64,000 bases of DNA from an uncultured Lachnospiraceae bacterium (GTDB taxonomy: Bacteria; Bacillota; Clostridia; Lachnospirales; Lachnospiraceae). Both the position numbers and the translations under genes were made by a program. The notes beneath the pieces are model-generated. The model did not search any database, was not told where the DNA came from, and saw only the letters and a program-made list of their open reading frames with translations. The stretch is from positions 107,535 through 171,534 of the forward strand of contig CANRDO010000001.1 in NCBI GenBank assembly GCA_947629385.1, given 5' to 3'. This document shows, in pieces, positions 46,465 through 59,398 of this stretch (position 1 is its first letter; each line of letters opens with the position of its first letter).

Positions 46465-47940
46465 ATGTATAACATGCAGCCATACCTGGAAGAGATCGAG
46501 CGCGTGATCGCGCGCGGCCCGTACCGCGACGACTGGCAGTCGCTTGCCGCCTACCGTGTGCCGGAGTGGTACAGGGAACTGAAATTCGGCATTTTCATTC
46601 ACTGGGGCGTGTTCAGCGTCCCGGCGTTCGCCAACGAATGGTACCCGAGGTGCATGTACATCAAGGACAGCCCGGAGTACGAGCACCACAGGAAAACCTA
46701 CGGGCCGCACACGCAGTTCGGCTACAAGGATTTCATCCCGATGTTCCGCGCGGAAAAGTTCGACCCGGAGGCATGGATCGAGCTGCTTGAGCGCTCCGGC
46801 GCGCAGTATGTGGTGCCGGTGGCAGAGCATCACGACGGATTCCAGATGTATAAGAGCGAGATCTCCAGGTGGAATGCGGCGGAGATGGGGCCGAAGCGCG
46901 ATGTGCTCGGAGAGCTTTCGGAGACGGCCCGCGCGCACGGACTGGTTGCCGGGGCGTCGTCGCACCGGATCGAGCACTGGTTTTTCCTCGGGCGCGGGAA
47001 GGAATTTGACAGCGATATCCGCGGGGAACTGGAGCGGGGAGACCTGTACTGGCCGTCGATGCCGGAGGCGGATTTCTTTGATCTGTACAGCGAGCCTGTC
47101 CCGACGGAGGAATTCCTGCAGGACTGGCTGGTGCGCAGCTGTGAGATCATCGACCGCTATCATCCGCGCATCCTGTACTTCGACTGGTGGATCCAGCACT
47201 CGGCGGCAAAGCCGTATCTTCGGAAGCTGACGGCTTACTACTACAACCGCGCGGCCGAGTGGGGGACGCCCGTCGTCATCAACTACAAGCACGACGCGTT
47301 TCCGTTTGGGACGGCGGTGCCTGATGTGGAGCGCGGGCAGTTTTCGCAGGCGCAGACCTTCGACTGGCAGGCGGACACGTCGATCGCGCTGAACTCCTGG
47401 TGCTACACCGAGAACAATCAGTTCCGGCGCGCGGGGGAGCTTCTGCAGGTGCTCGTGGATGTCGTGAGCAAGAACGGACGTCTGCTTCTGAACGTGGGGC
47501 CGAAGTCAGACGGGACGATCTGTGAGACAGAGCAGAACGTGCTCCGGGAGATCGGCGAGTGGATGGATATAAATAAAGAAGCGATCTACAGCTCGCGCCC
47601 CTGGAAGATCTGGGGCGAGGGCGAGGCGAAGACAGAGGATCGGAAATTTTCCGAGGGCACCGATCCCGGCTACACGAGCAGGGATTTTCGTTTCACGGTG
47701 GCGAACGGCAGCATATACGCGATTGCGATGGTGTGCAGCGGCGACGGAAAATATTGCGTCAGATCCCTGAGAAGGTCGGGAGACGAGAACGCGAACCTGA
47801 GCTTTCAGGGCATTATAAAGCGCATCCGGGTACTCGGATGCGCGCAGGAGCCTGTGTGGAAGCAGACGGAGGAGGGACTCATGATCGAGACCAGCTTCCG
47901 CAGCGATAAGCCGGTGGTGTTCCGGATCGAAGCGGAATAA
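46465..47940 (+). CDS. GH29 alpha-L-fucosidase
   Basis: WYRELKFGIFIHWGVFSVPAF, AEHHDGF. ATG 46465 follows GGAGG. Confidence 0.85.
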   Translation: MYNMQPYLEEIERVIARGPYRDDWQSLAAYRVPEWYRELKFGIFIHWGVFSVPAFANEWYPRCMYIKDSPEYEHHRKTYGPHTQFGYKDFIPMFRAEKFDPEAWIELLERSGAQYVVPVAEHHDGFQMYKSEISRWNAAEMGPKRDVLGELSETARAHGLVAGASSHRIEHWFFLGRGKEFDSDIRGELERGDLYWPSMPEADFFDLYSEPVPTEEFLQDWLVRSCEIIDRYHPRILYFDWWIQHSAAKPYLRKLTAYYYNRAAEWGTPVVINYKHDAFPFGTAVPDVERGQFSQAQTFDWQADTSIALNSWCYTENNQFRRAGELLQVLVDVVSKNGRLLLNVGPKSDGTICETEQNVLREIGEWMDINKEAIYSSRPWKIWGEGEAKTEDRKFSEGTDPGYTSRDFRFTVANGSIYAIAMVCSGDGKYCVRSLRRSGDENANLSFQGIIKRIRVLGCAQEPVWKQTEEGLMIETSFRSDKPVVFRIEAE

Positions 47941-48019
47941 GCGATGCTCTGCCTCTTTTGCGGTCGTTTACCAGATTTTGTTATTTGAATTGAAATAAGG
48001 CATTTGAATCAGATTACGT

Positions 48020-48802
48020 TTACGGTTCGGCCGGCCAAGCTTCCTCGATCCGCGCGATCTGACCGACCGCGTAATCGTAGATGAAGCGGTAGTCGTCCTG
48101 CGAGTAGTGGATGCCGTCGATCGTTTCGATCTCTGCAGACTTGATCTGCGTGTAGCTGTCCAGATAGGTGTCCGGTGAGAGCTCCTTCAGATGCGCGTTG
48201 AAATCCGCGATGTCTTCGTTCGTGATGTTGTGGCATTCCTCCGGGTCGATGGGATTCACCGACAGGAAATAGAAATGCGTGTCCGGATACTCCGCGAACA
48301 GCTGTCCGTACAGATCGATATATCTGTCCAGGTTATCGTAATCGTTGACGCCTAAATTGAATACGACCACGGATTCCGGATGCGCCTTGATCGCGTCGCG
48401 CATTTCGTCCAGTCCGGTCTCGGTAAACCATTTGTAGCCTTCGCCGGCAGCGCCTATATAGACATCGCTGTTGGCGACGGCTTTTTGCATGCCGAGCGTA
48501 CGGGAATCGCCGACCCAGATCACGGAGGGAGCCTGAGCGGACAAGGATGTATCCGATGAGGCCTTGCCGGAGGAAGTCACAGCGCCAGGCTCTGGCGATT
48601 CGGAGCCTTCTGCTTCTGATTGTTTTTCCGCCGCAGTCTCCTGCAGCGCCTGGATGACGGCGTCCGCGTCAGATTCCACGCTCTCGCCCAGGGCGGGGAG
48701 CAGCTGGTCGCGAAACTGCCAGGTCAGAAATCCGGCGAGCAGACCAAGCGCTGCGATCGCCAGAACTGACAGGACAATGCCGACAATAGTTTCTTTTTTC
48801 AT
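48020..48802 (-). CDS. membrane-anchored SGNH/GDSL-type hydrolase
   Basis: N-terminal TM helix, then VIWVGDSRTLG (block I) and FNLGVNDY (block III). Confidence 0.65.
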   Translation of the reverse strand: MKKETIVGIVLSVLAIAALGLLAGFLTWQFRDQLLPALGESVESDADAVIQALQETAAEKQSEAEGSESPEPGAVTSSGKASSDTSLSAQAPSVIWVGDSRTLGMQKAVANSDVYIGAAGEGYKWFTETGLDEMRDAIKAHPESVVVFNLGVNDYDNLDRYIDLYGQLFAEYPDTHFYFLSVNPIDPEECHNITNEDIADFNAHLKELSPDTYLDSYTQIKSAEIETIDGIHYSQDDYRFIYDYAVGQIARIEEAWPAEP

Positions 48803-48956
48803 ATAATATGTCCTCTTGTAAAAATCAAACAGTTAAATTCTGCTGACATCTACTATACCATACAAATCAGAAATGTCAAACAATATCATATGTGTGATTT
48901 CGACATGAGACGGAATAAAAAGACTAAATCTGAGAACAAATAAATGAAAAAAACTA

Positions 48957-48985
48957 TTGACAAAAGAGAGAAGCGGTATTATATT
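48957..48985 (+). promoter_or_regulatory. sigma-A promoter of the hrcA-grpE-dnaK-dnaJ operon
   Basis: TTGACA (48957-48962), 17-nt spacer, TATATT (48980-48985). Confidence 0.7.
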
Positions 48986-48998
48986 ATCAGCGTAGATG

Positions 48999-49025
48999 TT
49001 AGCACTCGATTAAGAGGAGTGCTAA
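48999..49025 (+). promoter_or_regulatory. CIRCE element (HrcA operator)
   Basis: TTAGCACTC-N9-GAGTGCTAA, a perfect match to the CIRCE consensus. It lies between the promoter and the hrcA start. Confidence 0.95.
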
Positions 49026-49049
49026 CAGAGCGGGAAAGGAGGAGCTCAG

Positions 49050-50075
49050 ATGCAGTTGGATGACCGGAAGTGGACGATCCTGAAAGCGATCATCAAGACC
49101 TATCTGGAGACGGGCGAGCCGGTTGGATCCAGGACGATATCGAAATATGCGGATCTGAATTTGAGCTCTGCCACCATACGAAATGAGATGTCAGATCTCG
49201 AGGAGATGGGATTGATCCTTCAGCCGCACACCTCGGCGGGGCGTATTCCCTCTGACGCGGGCTATCGACTCTATGTGGATTACATGCTGGAGGAGAAGGA
49301 CCGCGAGGTCACGGAGATGAAGGAGCTTGTGTTGCAGAGGCAGGACAAGATGGAGCTTCTGCTCAAGCAGATGGCGAAGCTGCTCGCGGCGAACACGAAC
49401 TATGCGGCGATGATTTCCGGGCCGCAGTACCACAGGACGAAGCTGAAGTTCATTCAGCTCTCGATCGTCAGCGAGACGCAGATCCTCGCGGTGATCGTCG
49501 CCGAGGGGAATATCGTCAAGAACAAGATGCTCGAGCTTGAGCACGGACTGGATCAGAAGACGATTCTGGAGCTGAATATTCTGCTTAACACCGCGCTGAA
49601 CGGACTGACGCTCGAGGAGATCAATCTCGGGACGATCGCGAAGCTCAAGGAGCAGGCGGGTATCCACAGCGAAGTGGTCAACCGGGTGCTGGATGCGGTC
49701 GCGGAGTCGATCCAGAAGGAAGAAGAGGTCGAGATCTACACGAGCGGCGCGACCAACATTTTCAAATATCCGGAGCTGAGCAGCAGCGAGAAGGCAAGCG
49801 AGCTGATCAGCGCGTTCGAGGAGAAGAAGGATCTGGTCGATATGATCAGCCAGGACGCTCAGACGGACGAGACCGGGATCCAGGTATATATCGGGCAGGA
49901 GGCGCCGCTTGCGACCATGCAGGACTGCAGCGTGGTCACGGCCACATACGAGCTCGGTGAAGGAATGTATGGAAGGATCGGCGTGATCGGGCCGAAGCGT
50001 ATGGACTACGATAAAGTGGTCAACACGTTGCGGACGCTGATGGCGCAGCTTGATCAGATATTCAAAAAAGAATAG
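49050..50075 (+). CDS. hrcA: heat-inducible transcription repressor HrcA
   Basis: 341 aa. ILKAIIKTYLETGEPVGSRTISK and a GRIGVIGPKRMDY C-terminus. Confidence 0.95.
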   Translation: MQLDDRKWTILKAIIKTYLETGEPVGSRTISKYADLNLSSATIRNEMSDLEEMGLILQPHTSAGRIPSDAGYRLYVDYMLEEKDREVTEMKELVLQRQDKMELLLKQMAKLLAANTNYAAMISGPQYHRTKLKFIQLSIVSETQILAVIVAEGNIVKNKMLELEHGLDQKTILELNILLNTALNGLTLEEINLGTIAKLKEQAGIHSEVVNRVLDAVAESIQKEEEVEIYTSGATNIFKYPELSSSEKASELISAFEEKKDLVDMISQDAQTDETGIQVYIGQEAPLATMQDCSVVTATYELGEGMYGRIGVIGPKRMDYDKVVNTLRTLMAQLDQIFKKE

Positions 50076-50093
50076 TAAAGAGGTGAAGGACCG

Positions 50094-52869
<2,776 letters not shown>

Positions 52870-52991
52870 GCGGCGGAACTGACGAGTCAGACGTGAGAAC
52901 CGTGCGCAAAGCGAAATAAAAGGCATGCGATACCCCTGGAGCGGTAAACTTCAGGGGCATCGTTGAGTAAGCAGGCGGAGGTTAGTGGAGT

Positions 52992-54176
52992 ATGGCGGAG
53001 AGCAAACGTGATTATTACGAGGTCCTCGGCGTGGACAAAAACGCGGACGACGCGGCTCTGAAAAAAGCATACCGCGCTCTGGCAAAGAAATATCATCCGG
53101 ACATGAATCCGGGGGACGCTGAGGCGGAGAAAAAATTTAAGGAAGCGTCGGAGGCGTATGCGGTCTTAAGCGACCCTGAGAAGCGCAGACAGTACGACCA
53201 GTTTGGTCACGCGGCGTTCGAGCAGGGCGGTCCTGGCGGCTTCGGCGGCTTTGACGGATTCAATTTCAGCGGGGATATGGGCGATATCTTTGGCGATATT
53301 TTCGGTGATCTCTTCGGAGGCGGGAGACGTCGGGGCGGTTCGAACGGCCCGATGCAGGGCGCGAACCTGCGGACGAGCGTGCGTGTCACCTTCGAGGAGG
53401 CGGTCTTCGGCTGTGAGAAGGAGATCGAGCTGACGCTGAAGGATGAGTGTACGAATTGCCACGGCACCGGCGCAAAGCCCGGGACCTCGCCGGAGACCTG
53501 CCCGAAGTGCGGCGGCAGGGGTCAGGTTGTCTTCACGCAGCAGTCGCTGTTCGGCACAGTGCAGAACGTGCAGACCTGCCCGGATTGTCACGGCAGCGGA
53601 AAGATCGTAAAGGAAAAATGCCCGCATTGCTCCGGCACAGGCTACACCTCCAGCAGGAAGAAGATCAAGGTGACGGTTCCGGCCGGCATCGACAACGGGC
53701 AGAGCATCCGCATCCGAGAGAAGGGCGAGCCGGGTACGAACGGCGGCCCGAGGGGCGATCTGCTCGTGGAGGTGATCGTTGGCAGACATCCGACGTTCGA
53801 GCGCCAGGATATGGACATCTACTCGACAGTGCCGATGACGTTTGCGCAGGCGGCGCTCGGCGGAGACATCCGCATCAGCACGGTGGACGGCGATATCATG
53901 TATACGATCAAGCCTGGGACACAGACCGACACAAGAGTGCGCTTCAAGGGCAAGGGCGTTCCGTCTCTGCGCAACAAGAACGTGCGAGGCGATCATTACG
54001 TGACGCTCGTGATTCAGGTGCCGACGAAGCTGAACGAGACCGCGAAGCAGGCGCTGCGCGAGTTCGACCAGGCGACGGGCAACAGCCTGAATCAGGCTGC
54101 GAATACGGAGAAGAAGGGCGAAAAAGGAAAAAAGAAAAGCTTTGTGGATAAGCTGAAGGAAACGTTTGAGGACTGA
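52992..54176 (+). CDS. dnaJ: molecular chaperone DnaJ
   Basis: J domain DYYEVLGV...KYHPD, a G/F region and four CxxCxGxG zinc motifs. Confidence 0.97.
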   Translation: MAESKRDYYEVLGVDKNADDAALKKAYRALAKKYHPDMNPGDAEAEKKFKEASEAYAVLSDPEKRRQYDQFGHAAFEQGGPGGFGGFDGFNFSGDMGDIFGDIFGDLFGGGRRRGGSNGPMQGANLRTSVRVTFEEAVFGCEKEIELTLKDECTNCHGTGAKPGTSPETCPKCGGRGQVVFTQQSLFGTVQNVQTCPDCHGSGKIVKEKCPHCSGTGYTSSRKKIKVTVPAGIDNGQSIRIREKGEPGTNGGPRGDLLVEVIVGRHPTFERQDMDIYSTVPMTFAQAALGGDIRISTVDGDIMYTIKPGTQTDTRVRFKGKGVPSLRNKNVRGDHYVTLVIQVPTKLNETAKQALREFDQATGNSLNQAANTEKKGEKGKKKSFVDKLKETFED

Positions 54177-54186
54177 TGAGGAAACT

Positions 54187-55140
54187 ATGCGCTGGAATAA
54201 ATTTACACTGAAGACACTGACCGAGGCCGAGGATATCGTGATCTCTTCCCTGGCGGATGCCGGAGTGGAGGGCGTCGAGATCGAGGACAAGGTGCCGCTC
54301 TCGGAGTCAGACAAGAAGCAGATGTTCGTGGATATTCTGCCGGACGGACCGGAGGACGACGGGATCGCGTACCTGAGTTTCTATCTGGAGGAGGATGCGG
54401 ACTGTGACGCGATTCTCGCCCGCGTGCAGGAAGAGCTGGATTCGCTGCGGATGTTTATGGACATCGGCGAAGGGACGATCATGCGAAGCCAGACCGAGGA
54501 TAAGGACTGGGTCAACAATTGGAAGGAGTATTTTCATCAGTTCTACGTGGACGACATCCTGATCATTCCCTCATGGGAGGAGATGAAGGCGGAAGACCGC
54601 GACAAGATGGTGATCCATATCGACCCGGGCACCGCGTTCGGGACCGGCATGCACGAGACGACGCAGCTGTGTATGCGGCAGCTGAAGAAATATGTGACGC
54701 CCGAGACAGAGCTTCTGGACGTGGGGACGGGCAGCGGTATCTTGTCGATTGCCGCGCTGAAGCTCGGCGCGAAGCACGCAGTTGGGACGGATCTCGACCC
54801 TTGCGCGATCACAGCGACGAAAGAGAATCTCGAGGCGAACGGCATCCCGGAGGGCGCGATGGACGTTATGATCGGGAATATCATCGACGATAAGCAGGTG
54901 CAGGACGCGGTTGGTTACGGAAAGTATGACATCGTGGTGGCGAACATCCTGGCGGAGGTGCTGTTGCCGCTCACGCCTGTCATCCTGAACCAGCTGAAGC
55001 CGGGCGGGATCTATATCACGTCGGGGATTATCGATGAGAAAGAGGAGACGGTTGTCGCGGCCGTGAAGGCGGCCGGACTCGAGGTGCTTGAAGTCACGCA
55101 CCAGAATGATTGGGTGTCGGTGACGGCGCGGAAATTATAA
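54187..55140 (+). CDS. prmA: ribosomal protein L11 methyltransferase
   Basis: FGTGMHETTQLC, LDVGTGSGILSIAA. ATG 54187 is preferred over 54166. Confidence 0.9.
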   Translation: MRWNKFTLKTLTEAEDIVISSLADAGVEGVEIEDKVPLSESDKKQMFVDILPDGPEDDGIAYLSFYLEEDADCDAILARVQEELDSLRMFMDIGEGTIMRSQTEDKDWVNNWKEYFHQFYVDDILIIPSWEEMKAEDRDKMVIHIDPGTAFGTGMHETTQLCMRQLKKYVTPETELLDVGTGSGILSIAALKLGAKHAVGTDLDPCAITATKENLEANGIPEGAMDVMIGNIIDDKQVQDAVGYGKYDIVVANILAEVLLPLTPVILNQLKPGGIYITSGIIDEKEETVVAAVKAAGLEVLEVTHQNDWVSVTARKL

Positions 55141-55155
55141 ATTTTGGAGAATACC

Positions 55156-55908
55156 ATGCATCATTTTTTCGTAGCGTCCGAACAGATAGGTGAGAAGTTC
55201 GTCCGCATCACAGGCGGGGATGTGAATCATATCCGAAATGTCCTGCGCATGCAGCCGGGAGAGCAGATCACGGTGAGCGACGGCGGGGACGGGAAGGAAT
55301 ACCGCTGTGAGATCGCGCAGATTGAAGAGGATTATGTCGCCGCGAAAATCATGTGGGTGGAGGAGTCCGGCGCGGAGCTTCCTTCGCGGATCTGTCTGTT
55401 TCAGGGATTACCGAAGGGCGATAAGATGGAGCTGATCATTCAGAAGGCGGTGGAGCTTGGGGCGGCACAGATCGTTCCGATGGCGACGAAGCGCGCGGTT
55501 GTTCGTCTGGACGCGAAGAAGGAGGAGGCGAAGCGGAAACGCTGGAACGCGATCTCCGCGAGCGCGGCCAAGCAGTCGAAGCGAGGGATTGTGCCTGAGG
55601 TGACGCGTGTCATGACGTTCGCCGAGGCGGTTAAATACGCGGGGCAGTTTGACAAAAAGCTGATTCCGTATGAACTTGCGGAGGGGATGGAGCGGACGCG
55701 CAAGCTGATCGATGAGATCAAACCGGGCGAGTCCGTGGCGGTCTTTATCGGGCCGGAGGGTGGATTCGACGAGCAGGAGATTGAGCTTGCGCGAACGGCG
55801 GGTGTAGAACCGCTCACGCTCGGCCGAAGGATTCTGCGCACAGAGACCGCCGGAATGGCGGTGCTGTCCGTGCTGATGTTTCAGCTGGAGGCAGGGAAAT
55901 GTTCGTAG
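55156..55908 (+). CDS. rsmE: 16S rRNA (uracil1498-N3)-methyltransferase RsmE
   Basis: MHHFFV..., FIGPEGGFDEQEIE, LGRRILRTETA. Confidence 0.9.
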   Translation: MHHFFVASEQIGEKFVRITGGDVNHIRNVLRMQPGEQITVSDGGDGKEYRCEIAQIEEDYVAAKIMWVEESGAELPSRICLFQGLPKGDKMELIIQKAVELGAAQIVPMATKRAVVRLDAKKEEAKRKRWNAISASAAKQSKRGIVPEVTRVMTFAEAVKYAGQFDKKLIPYELAEGMERTRKLIDEIKPGESVAVFIGPEGGFDEQEIELARTAGVEPLTLGRRILRTETAGMAVLSVLMFQLEAGKCS

Positions 55909-56045
55909 CAGATACGAAGCTTCCTTGCCGTTTTTGCATTCTGTGAAACAGAACGGATCTAAGCCGGAGCAGTTGTCGTGCCGTGTACGGCAAATATGCA
56001 CAAATGTATTAGAGCGAAAGACAGAAAATTTGGTTCGGAAAGCTC

Positions 56046-56074
56046 TTGACATCTTAGTCGAAGCAAAGTAAGAT
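56046..56074 (+). promoter_or_regulatory. sigma-A type promoter upstream of glyA
   Basis: TTGACA (56046-56051), 17-nt spacer, TAAGAT (56069-56074). Confidence 0.5.
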
Positions 56075-56128
56075 GAAAACACTACTGTGTTTACGGCGCA
56101 GAAAGGGCTGCGCCACGTAAACGGAAAA

Positions 56129-56158
56129 ATGCGTCGCCGGATGGGACGCATCTTTTGT
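56129..56158 (+). promoter_or_regulatory. terminator-like hairpin inside the glyA 5' leader (candidate attenuator/riboswitch expression platform)
   Basis: atgcgtc (56129-56135) pairs with gacgcat (56145-56151), followed by CTTTTGT. It is preceded by a second hairpin, ggcgcag/ctgcgcc (56095-56114). Confidence 0.45.
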
Positions 56159-56203
56159 GCTGATACGAGATGGTGTGACAAAACACAACAGGAGGACGAA
56201 GAA

Positions 56204-57442
56204 ATGTATTCACTTGAGGAGGTCAGGCGCGTGGACCCGGAGGTGGCCGACGCGATTGTGGCAGAGCAGGAGCGGCAGAACAGCCATATCGAGCTGATCG
56301 CTTCCGAGAACTGGGTGTCGAAGGCTGTGATGGCGGCGATGGGAAGCCCGCTGACGAACAAGTACGCGGAGGGGTATCCGGGCAAGCGTTACTATGGCGG
56401 CTGTGAATGTGTGGATGTGGTTGAGGATCTGGCGAGAGACCGCGCGATGAAGCTGTTTGGTTGTACGTACGCGAATGTGCAGCCGCATTCCGGTGCGCAG
56501 GCGAACATGGCGGTGTTCTTTGCGCTGCTGAAGCCGGGCGACACGGTGATGGGGATGAACCTCGCGCACGGCGGACACTTGAGCCACGGGAGCCCGGCGA
56601 ATTTCTCAGGCGCGTATTTCAATATCGTGCCGTACGGCGTGAACGACGACGGTGTGATCGACTATGAGAACGTGCGAAAGATCGCGTTGGAATGCCGTCC
56701 GAAGATGATTGTGGCGGGCGCGAGCGCCTACGCGCGTATCATAGATTTCAAGAAATTCCGTGAGATCGCCGACGAGGTCGGCGCGTATCTGATGGTGGAC
56801 ATTGCGCATATCGCCGGACTTGTGGCAGCCGGGATCCACCCGAGCCCGATTCCGTATGCGCATGTGACGACCACGACAACGCACAAGACGCTGCGTGGGC
56901 CGCGCGGAGGCATGATTCTCTCGAGCGCGGAGTTCGCGAAGGAAGCGAACTTCAACAAGGCGATTTTCCCGGGTACGCAGGGCGGCCCGCTGATGCATGT
57001 GATTGCGGCGAAGGCCGTCTGCCTGCAGGAGGCGCTGCAGCCGGAATTTAAGACCTATCAGCAGAACGTGGCGAAGAACGCGAAGGCGCTCTGCGCGGGT
57101 CTGATGAACCGCGGTGTGAAGATCGTCTCCGGCGGTACGGACAACCACCTGATGCTCGTGGATCTCACGAGTGTGGGCCGCACCGGCAAGGAGACCGAGC
57201 ACCTGCTCGACAGCGTCAACATCACCTGCAACAAGAACACGATCCCGAACGATCCGCAGTCCGCGTTTGTGACGAGCGGCATCCGTCTTGGGACGCCGGC
57301 GGTCACCTCGCGCGGCATGAACGAGGCAGACATGGATCAGATCGCCGAGGCGATTGCGTGTATGCTGAAGAATGAGGACGGCTGTGAGGAGAGAGCGAAG
57401 GCAATCGTGAAGGGGTTGACGGAGAAATATCCGTTAATCTGA
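56204..57442 (+). CDS. glyA: serine hydroxymethyltransferase
   Basis: [22 protein letters not shown] (PLP lysine). ATG 56204 lies 8 nt after GGAGG. Confidence 0.96.
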   Translation: MYSLEEVRRVDPEVADAIVAEQERQNSHIELIASENWVSKAVMAAMGSPLTNKYAEGYPGKRYYGGCECVDVVEDLARDRAMKLFGCTYANVQPHSGAQANMAVFFALLKPGDTVMGMNLAHGGHLSHGSPANFSGAYFNIVPYGVNDDGVIDYENVRKIALECRPKMIVAGASAYARIIDFKKFREIADEVGAYLMVDIAHIAGLVAAGIHPSPIPYAHVTTTTTHKTLRGPRGGMILSSAEFAKEANFNKAIFPGTQGGPLMHVIAAKAVCLQEALQPEFKTYQQNVAKNAKALCAGLMNRGVKIVSGGTDNHLMLVDLTSVGRTGKETEHLLDSVNITCNKNTIPNDPQSAFVTSGIRLGTPAVTSRGMNEADMDQIAEAIACMLKNEDGCEERAKAIVKGLTEKYPLI

Positions 57443-57877
57443 CCTGCCACAGCATGCTGCAGGCAATTATCGGCGGCGATGAGCATGAAAAGTCAAGCAT
57501 GGTTGCCGGCTGAAGATCCGAAGCATAAAAAGGCATATTGGTAACAGAAGAATATATCAGACGAACAGGCTGCCGCAGAACGGGTTTTCCATTCGACGGA
57601 TGGGAAAAGATACCGGGACGCGGCGGCCCTTTTCTGTGGTATACTTGCGGAAATATAGGCTGTCGGATGCTTGAGCATGGTCGCGAGAATTCAATAAGAG
57701 ACGAGGTGCTCATCGTGAGCGCAACTTTGAATAGAACACAAGTATTTGTGCCTCGATGTGTCCAAAATGTGAAAATTTAGTGTTTTTAAGAAGTCTTAAG
57801 AAAAAATCACTTTTTTTTCGGATAAGTTGTGGTATAGTGTTATAGGAAATGAATCTATCCGAAGGGAAGTATATATA

Positions 57878-59359
57878 ATGAAGAAGTTTATCATTGTCGT
57901 ACTGATCCTCGCAATTCTGGGCGGAGGCGGATATGCGGCTTATCATTTTTACTTTGAGGAGAAGCTCGGTTCGGAGGAGAGAGTCTCCTCGGACGCAGAG
58001 AATGCGGTGTACGTGGATCAGGTGTCTGTGATCACGGGATATGGCACCGGTACGGGTCTGATCGAGCGTTTCGGCGGCGAGGTCAGTCCGCAGGCGACGC
58101 TTGAGGTGAAGCTTGACGGCGACCGCAAGGTAAAGCAGTGTTATGTCAAGGAGGGCGACGAGGTCAAGGAGGGGCAGCGGCTCTTCACTTACGACACGCG
58201 GGAGGATGAGGATAAGCTCGCACAGGCCGAGATCGATATCGACAAGGCGAAGTCGGATATTGAGCTTGCCGAGCAGAGCATTGCACGGCTTGAAAAGGAC
58301 AAGAAAGAGGCGAGCGCGGACGATCAGCTCATGATCACGACAGATATCCTGTCGGCGCAGAATGAGATCAAGCAGCATGAATATGACATCCAGAGCAAGG
58401 AGCTCGAGATGGAGCAGCTCAAGGAGACGATCGACAACGCGACCGTGACAGCCGAGATGGAAGGTATTGTACAGAAGATCAATGATTCTACCGACAGCGG
58501 ACAGGATTATTATGGTTCCAGCGACAGTTCTGCATATATCACGATCCTTGCAGTCGGGGATTTTCGCATCAAGGGTTCGGTGAATGAGCAGAATCTCAGC
58601 CAGATTCAGGAGGGCATGACAATGCTCGTGCACTCCCGAGTAGACGAGACGCAGACGTGGACGGGCGTGGTGTCTGAGATTTCCACGGACAACAAGGAAG
58701 AAGAGGAGAATACTTACTATTATTCCGGGATGGACAACGATTCGGGTTCGTCCAACTATAAGTTCTACGTGGAGCTGGATGATTCGACCGGACTGATTCT
58801 TGGACAGCATGTGTATATGGAGGAGGATCGCGGGCAGACCGAGGAGAAGACCGGCATGTGGCTGGAGGAGTATTACATCATGCAGGAGGACGACGCGGCT
58901 TATGTATGGCTGGCAAATTCTTCCAATGTGCTTGAAAAGCATGAGATCACGCTCGGGGAGTATGACGAAGAGCTCATGAAATATGAGATCCTTGACGGGC
59001 TTAAGCCGGAGGATTACATTGCATATCCGATTGATACGGTGTCCGAGGGCGACCCGGTTATCTACAATGACGTTGAGTCCGGCGCCGAGGGCGGCATGGA
59101 TGACATGAGTTACGATGAAAGCGGCATGGATGATATGGGCTACGACGAAGGCATGGACGACATGAGCTACTATGAGGGCGACATGGACGGCATGAGCTAC
59201 GACGAAAGCATGGATGATATGAGCTACGATGAGGACAGCATGGACGACATGAGTTACGACGAAGGCATGGACGACATGAGTTACGATGAGGACAGCATGG
59301 ACGATATGAGCTACGACGAGGGCGACATGAGCTATGACGAGGAGGCCGGACTCGGCTGA
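57878..59359 (+). CDS. membrane-fusion (HlyD/MacA-type) adaptor protein with a Met/Asp/Tyr-rich C-terminal repeat tail
   Basis: N-terminal TM (FIIVVLILAILGGGGYAAY), lipoyl-like VKEGDEVKEGQRLFTYD, a coiled coil, then TVTAEMEGIVQKI and a beta-barrel part. Confidence 0.75.
   Translation: MKKFIIVVLILAILGGGGYAAYHFYFEEKLGSEERVSSDAENAVYVDQVSVITGYGTGTGLIERFGGEVSPQATLEVKLDGDRKVKQCYVKEGDEVKEGQRLFTYDTREDEDKLAQAEIDIDKAKSDIELAEQSIARLEKDKKEASADDQLMITTDILSAQNEIKQHEYDIQSKELEMEQLKETIDNATVTAEMEGIVQKINDSTDSGQDYYGSSDSSAYITILAVGDFRIKGSVNEQNLSQIQEGMTMLVHSRVDETQTWTGVVSEISTDNKEEEENTYYYSGMDNDSGSSNYKFYVELDDSTGLILGQHVYMEEDRGQTEEKTGMWLEEYYIMQEDDAAYVWLANSSNVLEKHEITLGEYDEELMKYEILDGLKPEDYIAYPIDTVSEGDPVIYNDVESGAEGGMDDMSYDESGMDDMGYDEGMDDMSYYEGDMDGMSYDESMDDMSYDEDSMDDMSYDEGMDDMSYDEDSMDDMSYDEGDMSYDEEAGLG
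59094..59343 (+). repeat. about nine tandem 24-30-bp coding repeats (MDDMSYDE[GDS])
   Basis: Protein tail: GMDDMSYDESGMDDMGYDEGMDDMSYYEGDMDGMSYDESMDDMSYDEDSMDDMSYDEGMDDMSYDEDSMDDMSYDEGDMSYDEE. Confidence 0.85.
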
Positions 59360-59398
59360 TTTGCGGGAATGAATATTTGACATAGAGGAGGGGTTTTT

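Noticed and set aside
56095-56151. Assigning the glyA leader to the ZTP (pfl) riboswitch class
   Set aside because: Only partial resemblance to the conserved ACUGGCG … CCGCCUGGGC elements, and I cannot fold or score it without Infernal. It is kept as an unclassified candidate attenuator.
57710-59383. 557-aa minus-strand ORF antisense to adaptor 1 (also 62563-63894 and 6200-7600 antisense to the giant adaptor and the SBP)
   Set aside because: The repetitive HVVHA… translation simply mirrors the sense-strand MDDMSYDE repeats. It has no start signals and is a shadow ORF.
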